From Coriobacteriales bacterium (GTDB lineage: Bacteria; Actinomycetota; Coriobacteriia; Coriobacteriales; UMGS124): 64,000 nucleotides of DNA. Below, one piece after another: positions 56,065 through 64,000 of the stretch. The notes under the pieces were generated by a model that saw nothing but the letters and a program-made list of their open reading frames with translations, had not been told where the DNA came from and ran no database searches. Made by a program: the position numbers and the translations under genes. The stretch's first letter is position 1. Each line of letters opens with the position of its first letter. The stretch spans positions 4,516-68,515 of the forward strand of contig JAFWFL010000005.1 of the NCBI GenBank assembly GCA_017515595.1. The letters are read 5' to 3'.

Positions 56065-56525
56065 TATCCCTCGCTTTTGTCATCAAGCAGAGGTACTTCG
56101 CCCAAGCGATACAACTCGTCATCACATTGAACACGCGTATAGCCGTGCTCAAGGCAAAACAAAATTATGGCATCCCGGCGGTTGCGGCTATACAGCTGCG
56201 AAAACCCAGCATGAGTTAGCAGGCGCTGAGTTTCTTTTACCGTACATCCAAGGCCAAATGCGAGCAAAAGCGCAGTCCCTCTCGACACCCCGCGCGAACC
56301 CTCAAATATCTGGTAAACAAAGGTTGTGTTAAGCCCGCTCGCCCTGATAACATCAGCCCTCGTAAGCTCTTTTTTGTTCAGAAGCTCATGCAAATACCCC
56401 GAGAGATCACGCGCTACCAAATCGCCGTCTGCCCGTGCCCGGTTTAAATATGCTTCAGGAGTGGCAGAAGCCATAAGCTGCTCAAGCAGCTCTTCTGTCA
56501 TATGCACAAACTCAGTCGCCACCAT
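56064..56525 (-). CDS. Helix-turn-helix domain protein
   Basis: LTRADVIRASGLNTTFVYQIFEGSRGVSRGTALLLAFGL is an XRE-like HTH. Its stop overlaps the kinase start. Confidence 0.5.
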   Translation of the reverse strand: MVATEFVHMTEELLEQLMASATPEAYLNRARADGDLVARDLSGYLHELLNKKELTRADVIRASGLNTTFVYQIFEGSRGVSRGTALLLAFGLGCTVKETQRLLTHAGFSQLYSRNRRDAIILFCLEHGYTRVQCDDELYRLGEVPLLDDKSEG

Positions 56526-56738
56526 ATGCCTCCAACCCCTGCGCTGCTCAAATCAACATGCTCAAGCTTTGTAGTCGATAATTTTAGCATAGTCTGTTTG
56601 CGCATATAAGCGAACTCATTTAGCAAACAATCGTTTTTAACGACAGCTCATAATAAACACGGCAGTCTTTGATATACTATATGCTGCCGGAGAAGAAGAT
56701 CGCTTCTTTATCTAATCTGTTGGAAGGAACACGTTTCT

Positions 56739-57440
56739 ATGTCAACAAGAGGCCTTATCTTTTATCTGGTCCTCGAGGCGCTGCTGCTTTGTTTGATTGA
56801 AACCGGCATTTATATGAGCTGGAATGGACAGATTGTTAATACTCTTATGTATGCCGCGATCCTGATCAACACAATAGTTGTGGCTTATCGCTTTTTCCGC
56901 TTGAGAGCAGATCAGAGAAGCGCTCATGATAAGTTTATTGCCTATGCAATCTTTGTAACGGCGGTAGCGGATATCTTTTTGACATTAATTGGCAGCGCTG
57001 ACACATTTCTTCCCGGAGTTATCTTATTCTGCATGGTACAGATAATTTATGCCATATACCTTTATCCCACCGCGAAATCGCTCCTGATCCGAGTAGCTCT
57101 CTTCGCGATATGTCTGTTGTTGTTAAAGATTTTTGAAATGCTGAGTCTGTCAAATGCTTTTGGTTTATTGGATATCAGCCTTCTTCTGGTTAATGTCATC
57201 ATAGCCTGGACTTTAACAAGAGTTAAAATACCATTGTTGTTCCGGATAGGAATCACTCTGTTCCTCTGCTGTGATCTTTCTATTGCACTCAGAATTTTTA
57301 CAACAGGAGAAGCGTTTGGAATTATTGGCCTCCTTGTCTGGCTCTTCTATATTCCTTCTCAAGTATTGATCACATTGTCATATCTCAGCAGCACTAGTGT
57401 GTCAAGGAGTGTGTCAGAGAACCGACCCTTGACACACTGA
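56739..57440 (+). CDS. YhhN/lysoplasmalogenase-like polytopic membrane protein
   Basis: 233 aa with about 8 TM segments. Intramembrane acidic motifs (AVADIFL, LCCDLSIAL) resemble the YhhN family. This is a tentative call. Confidence 0.35.
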   Translation: MSTRGLIFYLVLEALLLCLIETGIYMSWNGQIVNTLMYAAILINTIVVAYRFFRLRADQRSAHDKFIAYAIFVTAVADIFLTLIGSADTFLPGVILFCMVQIIYAIYLYPTAKSLLIRVALFAICLLLLKIFEMLSLSNAFGLLDISLLLVNVIIAWTLTRVKIPLLFRIGITLFLCCDLSIALRIFTTGEAFGIIGLLVWLFYIPSQVLITLSYLSSTSVSRSVSENRPLTH

Positions 57441-59549
57441 GCTGCGGACAATGGATTTTGAGAGCTGGTAGGTTACGATGAGGTACACGGCGTAGATCGC
57501 TACTATGGTAAATGCCGAGATGCCTATGAGACCTGAGGGGTTAACGCCAAGCTCGGCAAAGAGGGTTGCAGAGACTACACTTACTGCACAGATTGTATGG
57601 CTGGCTGCCAGTACAAGCGGAGCACAGAAGTATACGATGGTCTGGATACGGAGCGAACCAAGGATTTGCTTCATGTCACAGCCAAGGTCAGAGAGACGGC
57701 GGTAGCGCTGAAGGCTGTCGGCAGTCTCGGAGAGCTGCTGGATTGCGAGAACCGCGGCGGTGGCGACAAGCATAACAAAGCCAATGTAAAGCGCGAGGAA
57801 CGTAATGACCATTTTGAGACCGCTTGCCTGCTCTGCCATAGCGTGGCCTGTGTAGACATTTGTTACCGGCCAGGGAGTCCTTTGGAATTGGTCCTCGATG
57901 CCATCAGTAAGAGGAGTCTTGCCATCTTTGAGAGGAACTGCTTTGGCAAGTATCTTTGACAAAGCCGAGTCGCCCTGTGTACGATCTCCGTTGTACATTA
58001 TGTTAAAGTGCGTGTAAGCAGGAAACTCCGTATGTTCGCGAAGGCTTGTTACTACCTCATCAGGCACAATAATTTGGAGCGCAACATCGCTCATTGCCGT
58101 GGTATCGAGCGGAACACATTGCAGCGACCCATATCCATACAGCATTATACCTGCTATCTCGAGACTCACATCGTTTTTACTCATGGCTTTGCCCAGGTCA
58201 TCATAACCTACAATTGTGTTATCGATGGCAAACTGATTGGCTGCAAGCTGAACACCTGTTTCACCAATGAGCTCGCAGCAGGCATTGTACTGGCTCTCCG
58301 AGATTACTTTAATTTCGGTTTTTCCCATACTCGCAAGCGTTTGGGCATCTTTCATAGCTTCAGCACCCTGAATTTGATCAAGCAATTCCTGGTAGTTTAC
58401 ACCGGCAGGCCAAAAGTCAGTTTGCGCGCTTTTACGGACAACGCTGTCCCAATTATCCGCGCGGCTTGACAGACACGCTTCAATGTCACCGTTAAACTCT
58501 CGGTATGTATCTTGCCACGAAGGATCGGGCTTATAGAAAAGCTCTGCCGAGGCAACAATGGATGCATCATAGCGTGTGGTCTGCTCAATGTTGCCGGCAA
58601 AGAGTTCGAGAAGTCCCATGCCCACAGAGGCTGTGGTGAGTGCGAAGAACAACATTACACACACGACACTCATGCTGACAAACGCCGTATTTACCTTGCT
58701 CGCAATCTGCCGCACCGTAAACATGCGAATGCCCTTAAGATAAACACCTTTGGCGTGGGTTAGGGCAAAGATCACAAATCCGGCGACGGACCAAAAGAAT
58801 AAAAACGTGCCAATAATCATGAGCACGGTTGCTGCCCAAAAATGCACGTCTGCCTGCTGTAATCCGTTAATGGAAAGCTGCCAGTAAGCGCAGCCGAGGA
58901 TAACGATGGCCACAACAAATCCCACTACACGCAGGGGCACATGCACCATACCAACATGCTCATTCGCTTCCCGGGCAGAAAGCAGGGTAATAAGCTTGCA
59001 CCGGCGAATATAAATGACATCTACCAGCGCTGATACCATAAACACCACAACAAAACAAAGCACCGTGAGTCCAATGGCATCTGGAGAAACTATAAAACGG
59101 TATTTGGTCATAGTGGTACCCATGAGCGCAGCTGTCGCAAACGAGAGACCCTGTGACATGGCAATACCCAGCGCAAGACCCACCACAAGCGAGGCAAGTC
59201 CCACAAGGATCGTCTCGCACAAAAGCACACGGCTCACACGCCCGGCGCTCATGCCCAGCAGCAGATACGTACCAAATTCACGACGACGACGTCTGATGAG
59301 GAACCGGTTGGCATAGACTACCAAAAAGCCCAAAACACACGCTACAACAATAGAAAACATTCTGATGAGCAACGTCAGTAAATCGAGCATACGCGCGCTG
59401 TCTGCTGACATTGCATCAAACAGCACAGTTTGACTCTTGATCGCATTGAACGCATAAAACAGAGCAACGCCCAAAACAACGGTAATAAAGTAAATAGCGT
59501 AGTCGCGGCCTGCTCGCTTGACGTTTCTCAAGGCCAGCTTAACGAGCAT
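57414..59549 (-). CDS. BceB-type (FtsX-domain) ABC transporter permease
   Basis: It starts at MLVKLALRNVKRAGRDY, has about 10 TM segments and carries a large extracytoplasmic domain. It overlaps the ATPase gene by 11 nt. Confidence 0.8.
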   Translation of the reverse strand: MLVKLALRNVKRAGRDYAIYFITVVLGVALFYAFNAIKSQTVLFDAMSADSARMLDLLTLLIRMFSIVVACVLGFLVVYANRFLIRRRRREFGTYLLLGMSAGRVSRVLLCETILVGLASLVVGLALGIAMSQGLSFATAALMGTTMTKYRFIVSPDAIGLTVLCFVVVFMVSALVDVIYIRRCKLITLLSAREANEHVGMVHVPLRVVGFVVAIVILGCAYWQLSINGLQQADVHFWAATVLMIIGTFLFFWSVAGFVIFALTHAKGVYLKGIRMFTVRQIASKVNTAFVSMSVVCVMLFFALTTASVGMGLLELFAGNIEQTTRYDASIVASAELFYKPDPSWQDTYREFNGDIEACLSSRADNWDSVVRKSAQTDFWPAGVNYQELLDQIQGAEAMKDAQTLASMGKTEIKVISESQYNACCELIGETGVQLAANQFAIDNTIVGYDDLGKAMSKNDVSLEIAGIMLYGYGSLQCVPLDTTAMSDVALQIIVPDEVVTSLREHTEFPAYTHFNIMYNGDRTQGDSALSKILAKAVPLKDGKTPLTDGIEDQFQRTPWPVTNVYTGHAMAEQASGLKMVITFLALYIGFVMLVATAAVLAIQQLSETADSLQRYRRLSDLGCDMKQILGSLRIQTIVYFCAPLVLAASHTICAVSVVSATLFAELGVNPSGLIGISAFTIVAIYAVYLIVTYQLSKSIVRSSVCQGSVL

Positions 59550-60342
59550 CGAGATCACCGCCCAAAAATGCCATAACCTCCATGATGCGCTGGTAGTACT
59601 CTTTGCGAGGAGTGTCGCCACGGCTCAAATCATTAAAGAGACGCCCGTCGCGCACAAATACGGTGCGGGTTGAATATGACGCAGCAAAGGCATCATGGGT
59701 AACCATAAGGATGGTCGCACCCATGCGTGTATTCATGCTCTCGAGTACTTCGAGAAGTACCGCAGAGCTCTTTGAGTCAAGTGCACCTGTGGGCTCGTCG
59801 GCTAGGATGAGCTTGGGGTTTCCTACAATAGCCCGCGCTGCCGCCACACGCTGGCGCTGTCCGCCAGACATTTGCTGGGGATACTTTTGGAGCACCTCCT
59901 CCACGCCCAGCACACGTGCAAGCTCATTGACGGACTGCTCAATCTGATGCGGATGTTCACCTTTGAGGGTAAGAGCAAGCGCGATATTCTCGAATCCTGT
60001 GAGCGTGTCCAAAAGGTTTGAATCCTGGAAGATGAATCCCAGTTCATCGCGGCGGAAATTTGCAAGCTCTGCCCGGCGAAGGCGCGTGATATCCCTCCCG
60101 CCCAGAGTAATGGTTCCCGATGTTGCGGAGTCGATAGTTGATACGCAGTTCAAGAGCGTTGACTTGCCCGAACCCGAGGGGCCCATGATGGCTACAAACT
60201 CGCCTTTGTGCACCGTGAGCGACACGTCGTCAAGCGCGGTAGTGATGACGCCCTTGCCGCCGTAAATTTTCCCCACATGTGAAAGCTCAAGCAACGCCGC
60301 AGATGAACCGGCTACTGCCGTCACGGCCATTTTCTCAGACAT
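59539..60342 (-). CDS. BceA/MacB-type ABC transporter ATP-binding protein
   Basis: Walker A is GPSGSGKST, the signature is MSGGQRQRVAAARAI and Walker B is LILADEP. AAGGAG precedes the ATG at 60342. Confidence 0.9.
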   Translation of the reverse strand: MSEKMAVTAVAGSSAALLELSHVGKIYGGKGVITTALDDVSLTVHKGEFVAIMGPSGSGKSTLLNCVSTIDSATSGTITLGGRDITRLRRAELANFRRDELGFIFQDSNLLDTLTGFENIALALTLKGEHPHQIEQSVNELARVLGVEEVLQKYPQQMSGGQRQRVAAARAIVGNPKLILADEPTGALDSKSSAVLLEVLESMNTRMGATILMVTHDAFAASYSTRTVFVRDGRLFNDLSRGDTPRKEYYQRIMEVMAFLGGDLDAR

Positions 60343-60425
60343 GATTATTACTCCTTGTCTTCTCAGCACTACAAATTGATGATGCTATGCTAACAAGACA
60401 TTTGCTTGGGTACCATCGATTCCGC

Positions 60426-61475
60426 TTACAGATAACTTACAGTATTGTCACATTGGGCGTCGAGTCTGCGGCGATCCAGCGGGAATTTTACCGATGCACA
60501 GGTCCCTTCCCCGTCAACCGAGGATATCGAAAGACCCAGGCCCAACTGCTCACAGAGCCGTGCCGCGAGGTAGAGGCCCATTCCCGTTGAGGCTGCACCT
60601 TCCCTGCCGCGCGTGCCCGTAAACCCACGCTCAAACACGCGGCTCACGTCTTCTGCCGGGATACCGCGACCATCATCTTCTACCCGGAGCACAATATAAC
60701 CGGAGTCTTGATCAGAACCGTTTTGCTCGGCAGTAAACCGCAGATGATGTGCACCGTATTTGGCGGCGTTCTCAACAAGCTGGGAAACAATAAACACCGC
60801 CTGCTTTTTGTCGGTAAAAACCTTGAGGCTTTCATCAATGGCTATCTCGGGGATGCAGTCCTGTTCAATAAGGAATCGTGCGTTATCCCTGCAAACCTTG
60901 CGGGGAATCTCGGCAAGGGTTACCTCATGAATGGCGTAGTCCTGGTTGGCACAGTCAGAGCGTGCATACCAGAGAGCAGCATCGACCTTTTTACCTACTT
61001 TGTCGAGCTCAAGCCGCAACTGAGACCGCTCCGGCTCGTTTACACGCTCAGCAATGAGACTGCATGATGCGAGCGGCGCTTTTATGCCGTGCACCCATCC
61101 TTCAACAAACTCACGGTGCTCCTTTGCCTTAGCATTCGCCTGAGCTACCTCATTGGCAGAAACGGTCCCCATAGCTTCCAAGGCCTCATAAACAATTGCC
61201 TGGTCAGACAAGGTGGGTTCCTTCATAAGCGCATGAAGCTGGTAAGGACGCTCGAGTTTCTCGGCCAGGTTATGCAAATCATCATAGAAACGTTTTATGC
61301 GGAAGCAGTCAATGGCACAAGCGCACGCGGTTGCAATCAAAAGAACCGCTGCTATGAGTACAACGGCATCAGGGGGACATCCGCATACAGCAGCAATAAC
61401 GCAGGCAGAGATAATACCAACTGCCATGCAAAAAAGCCCGGCAGCCTTTGCACGTATGTATTCCAAGACACTCAC
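60426..61475 (-). CDS. Intramembrane-sensing histidine kinase (BceS-like)
   Basis: Two N-terminal TM helices with almost no extracellular loop. The phosphoacceptor-region segment is HGIKAPL, and the HATPase motifs are SQLVENAAKY and DDGRGI...GMGLYL. Confidence 0.8.
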   Translation of the reverse strand: MSVLEYIRAKAAGLFCMAVGIISACVIAAVCGCPPDAVVLIAAVLLIATACACAIDCFRIKRFYDDLHNLAEKLERPYQLHALMKEPTLSDQAIVYEALEAMGTVSANEVAQANAKAKEHREFVEGWVHGIKAPLASCSLIAERVNEPERSQLRLELDKVGKKVDAALWYARSDCANQDYAIHEVTLAEIPRKVCRDNARFLIEQDCIPEIAIDESLKVFTDKKQAVFIVSQLVENAAKYGAHHLRFTAEQNGSDQDSGYIVLRVEDDGRGIPAEDVSRVFERGFTGTRGREGAASTGMGLYLAARLCEQLGLGLSISSVDGEGTCASVKFPLDRRRLDAQCDNTVSYL

Positions 61476-62137
61476 AGCGAGTACCCCCGGCCTCGATGGG
61501 TCTTAAGAGCATCTTCAGGCGCTCCCAGGCTTTCAAGTGCACGACGCAGGCGGTTTACGTTAACGGTCAGCGTATTGTCATCCACAAACTCGTCGGTTTG
61601 CCAAAGCTCGCACATAAGATCCTGCCGGGAAACAATTGCGCCGCGGGCTCTGATAAGCGCCGCGAGAATAAACGTCTCGTTGCGTGAGAGGCCGGACTCA
61701 TTCCCGGCGAACGCGACGGTTCCGCGCGCCACGTCAAGGGCAATTCCGGCGAACTCAATACGCGAGGTATTTGTGTCGCCGGCACGTTGCAGCAAGCGTG
61801 CAACATGGGCTAAAAGTACAGCCGGGCGGTAAAGTTTTGTGAGGTAATCATCAGCTCCGAGCTTCATACTCATGATCTCGTCAAACTCGGCATCGGAGGA
61901 TGTGAGAATCAGAATGGGAACGTCGCTCTCTTCCCGGATTCCGCGACAAATCGCAAGGCCGCTCGCACCAGGCAGCTGCAGATCAAGAATCACAGCATCG
62001 GGATGTGCGGCAAGCACCTCTTTTGCCCCCTGTGCAAAGTTTGTACAAACACAAGGTTCGTATCCATCCAGTTCAAGGACGTTAATGAGCTCCCTGCGCA
62101 GCGACTCGTCATCCTCAATAATACATACTCTGCTCAT
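61472..62137 (-). CDS. OmpR-family response regulator (BceR-like)
   Basis: The receiver is MSRVCIIEDDESL...DAVILDLQLPG, and the winged-helix output carries LTVNVNRLRRAL...THRGRGYSL. It overlaps the kinase start. Confidence 0.85.
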   Translation of the reverse strand: MSRVCIIEDDESLRRELINVLELDGYEPCVCTNFAQGAKEVLAAHPDAVILDLQLPGASGLAICRGIREESDVPILILTSSDAEFDEIMSMKLGADDYLTKLYRPAVLLAHVARLLQRAGDTNTSRIEFAGIALDVARGTVAFAGNESGLSRNETFILAALIRARGAIVSRQDLMCELWQTDEFVDDNTLTVNVNRLRRALESLGAPEDALKTHRGRGYSL

Positions 62138-62194
62138 CCGGTTCCCGTCTCCAATGTCCAAATTCAACGCAATTCACAACCAACAGAACTCAAC

Positions 62195-62291
62195 CCATAG
62201 TAACCAAACAGCCCAGAATAATCAACAAGCCGCCAAGAAACCAACAATTGGGCTTCTCGGCAGCAGCAGCATTACCACCCGCAGCTCAATC
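62195..62291. repeat. ~95-bp direct repeat, copy 1 (upstream of the BceR-like operon)
   Basis: CCATAGTAACCAAACAGCCCAGAATAATCAACAAGCCGCCAAGAAACCAACAATTGGGCTTCTCGGCAGC... is closely similar, by eye, to 63395..63489. Confidence 0.8.
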
Positions 62292-62293
62292 TT

Positions 62294-62530
62294 GCTGCCA
62301 CAAACTCGATCGTTTGCACAACCCGCTGGCACAAACTCAAGTGTTTGCACATCCTAAAGGGATGAGCAGCAAGAGCTCCTCCAATCAGTAGTCTTTCTAC
62401 CTGGTCTTTTAATAAGCCGCGGAGAAACCCCGCTGATCACAACCCGCATTTCATTAAGAACGCATCAGCAGAGCGTGCAAACGCTCGAGTTTGAGCCAGC
62501 GGGTTGTGCAAACACTTGAGTTTGTGCCAG
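62294..62530. repeat. Composite palindrome with two tandem units of about 28 nt per arm around a core
   Basis: The left arm is CTGCCACAAACTCGATCGTTTGCACAACCCGCTGGCACAAACTCAAGTGTTTGCAC. The right arm is its near reverse complement (62475..62530). The core contains CTTTCTACCTGGT and GGAGAAACCCC. Confidence 0.75.
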
Positions 62531-62721
62531 AGCGCCTTTCCCAAACCAGGATCTGTGCCAGCCCCATATAATAACCTTATCATTCTCCATATTAGTCACT
62601 TCACCAGGTGCCCTGAGAATGAGGCTCACGTTTATACGATAGAATTTATCCTTGTCAACGCTATCAATCAGTCCCGGACAGAGTCATGTTCCGCGTCCAA
62701 AAGTCTTTTCCATATTACTTC

Positions 62722-63138
62722 CTAAGGCTCCGTTGCTTTAGCGGCTGGGTCTTTGTCTTGCAGAAGGAGTCTGCGGTATATATGGATATTCTTTCCGTTC
62801 TCATAGCTGTTGTCTTCAAGCAATACCTCTTTCCCGCAAAAAAGATCCACGTCCCACTCCAGGTCCTCCAACCCGTCAAAGAATTGGATTATTCTGGGAT
62901 TTACTTTGATCCTGCATTTTATGCCGGTGATCCGTCTGTTTTCATCCATAAGGAAAGAAACAAATTCTGCGAACTCATACCGTTCCGGTTCTCCCGGAAA
63001 CAGCTCCACAGTTGTGCCGACAACTGCCGGAACAAGGCAGTGGAAGTTTTTATGGAGGGGCTCTACTGACGGAATCGGAGAAGTAATGTCATATCCAAAA
63101 TCACAGCAAAGCTCATACTCTTTCTCTGTCTCTTCCAT
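62722..63138 (-). CDS. Hypothetical protein (138 aa)
   Basis: The only sizeable ORF between the two ~95-bp direct repeats. It is acidic, and no family was recognised. Confidence 0.4.
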   Translation of the reverse strand: MEETEKEYELCCDFGYDITSPIPSVEPLHKNFHCLVPAVVGTTVELFPGEPERYEFAEFVSFLMDENRRITGIKCRIKVNPRIIQFFDGLEDLEWDVDLFCGKEVLLEDNSYENGKNIHIYRRLLLQDKDPAAKATEP

Positions 63139-63394
63139 TTTTTCCTATCCTTATAGAACGGATTCTTCATCTTTTAATAACCTCATATTTATACAATTAG
63201 TTTTCACCTTGCCAAATAGGTCATCTGCTCTATGACATCCAGCGGGTTCGTTATACTGCCGGTCTAAAAAGATTTCCAAAAACTGTCAATTTTAATTTTG
63301 AGTTCATCTGTAACCATGTTTTATCCCTTTTCCCAGTTCTATGCTCATCTGGTTCCCGTTTTATCCCCACAATTTGCAACCTATGCATTCCGGA

Positions 63395-63489
63395 CCATGG
63401 TAACCAAACAGCCAAGAATAATCAACAAACAGCCAAGAAACCAACAAATGGGCTTCTCAGCAGCACCATTATCACCCGCAGCTCAATCC
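63395..63489. repeat. ~95-bp direct repeat, copy 2
   Basis: See 62195..62291. It lies about 257 nt upstream of the start of ORF 62722..63138 (-). Confidence 0.8.
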
Positions 63490-63583
63490 TCTAGAAACAA
63501 GATAGATTGTGAAAATAGCACTTTATAAACTGATTCTTGATTCACAAAATATAGCGCCGGTCCCCATCTGAAAGAGAAACGCT

Positions 63584-63972
63584 GGATGAAATTGTCCTTT
63601 ACGAGAGGATGGGTGGATGAGATTGCCGTTTTCGAGAGGATGGGTGGACAGGATTGCCGTTTTCGGGAAGATTGATGGATGAGATTGCCGTTTTCGAGAG
63701 GCGCTCTGCCACAGATCCGGGTTTTCGAGAGGATTTTGAAGCGAAGGGTCTCTCGGCATTTTAAAGAATACCAGGTAAATACCTATGTATCAAAAATGCA
63801 AGATGCCGAGAAGCCCAAAAATCCTCTCGAAAAGGCAGATTTGTGGCAGAGCGCCTCTCGAAAACCCGGATCCTATCCACCAATCCTCTCGAAAACAGCA
63901 ATCTCATCCACCCATCCTCTCGAAAACCCGGATCTTATCCACCGACCCTCTCGAAAACAGCAATCTCATCCC
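63584..63972. repeat. ~390-bp composite palindrome with five to six tandem units of about 31 nt per arm (each ending TTTTCGAGAGG) around a core
   Basis: The left arm units lie at 63584..63756. The centre, GGTCTCTCGGCATT..AATACCAGGTAAATACCT..GATGCCGAGAAGCCC, has its symmetry point near 63779. The right arm carries CCTCTCGAAAA units to 63972. Confidence 0.8.
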
Positions 63973-64000
63973 ATCAGTGAAAAATCAATATAGTCATTTA

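Noticed and set aside
63584-63972. A possible CRISPR array, because TTTTCGAGAGG recurs regularly about every 31 nt
   Set aside because: The conserved part is only about 12-19 nt and the 'spacers' resemble one another. The whole array is mirrored in inverted orientation around a centre. No cas genes are present in the window. It was therefore treated as a tandem-repeat palindrome.

Overview
This 64-kb window looks like chromosomal DNA from an anaerobic, Gram-positive, Coriobacteriia/Eggerthellaceae-like gut bacterium. That placement is inferred from gene content only: Tat-exported flavoprotein reductases, a DmsABC-like molybdoenzyme locus, and polytopic-membrane LuxR regulators. No rRNA, tRNA or CRISPR array was seen.

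Coding content in order:
- Partial homocysteine S-methyltransferase-domain gene, MATE exporter, Tat flavoprotein reductase, NUDIX hydrolase, CopZ-like protein, membrane LuxR regulator.
- A + strand block from 8.3 to 20.1 kb. It starts with a Tat molybdopterin oxidoreductase, FeS subunit, membrane anchor, a large ferredoxin, an unknown and a TorD chaperone. It continues with a motif-degenerate UvrD-like protein, a PPIase-less trigger-factor-like protein and a Cys-rich unknown.
- Amino-acid ABC transporter and feoA-feoB-Cys-rich feo operon.
- Second membrane LuxR with a FrdA/AprA-like Tat flavoprotein and a ferredoxin.
- An AT-richer islet with a Doc/Fic-like gene and a decayed AgrC/ComD-type two-component system, then a third Tat flavoprotein.
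- A glycine-cleavage operon with two fusions (GcvT-SHMT-like and LplA-Lpd).
- EF-hand proteins, VTC/DUF4956, Ser/Thr kinase with an HTH partner, and a BceRS-AB-like peptide-resistance module.

Most interesting candidate: a compact three-gene unit at 47.57-49.79 kb. It encodes a 68-aa Nif11/double-glycine-leader peptide with a 9-aa core (GWWPCGGYK). This is followed by an AbiEii-like nucleotidyltransferase and a conserved-Cys enzyme that has a paralog at 19.2 kb. No classical RiPP maturase or exporter is nearby.

The non-coding DNA is also unusual. Several large palindromes are built from inverted tandem repeats around a shared core. There is also a ~125-bp MITE-like family, a shared GGGGACAGTTCTATGTG palindrome, and REP-like terminators that reuse a GCCGAGAAGCCC stem.

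All family calls come from motif reading by eye and need HMM/BLAST confirmation.
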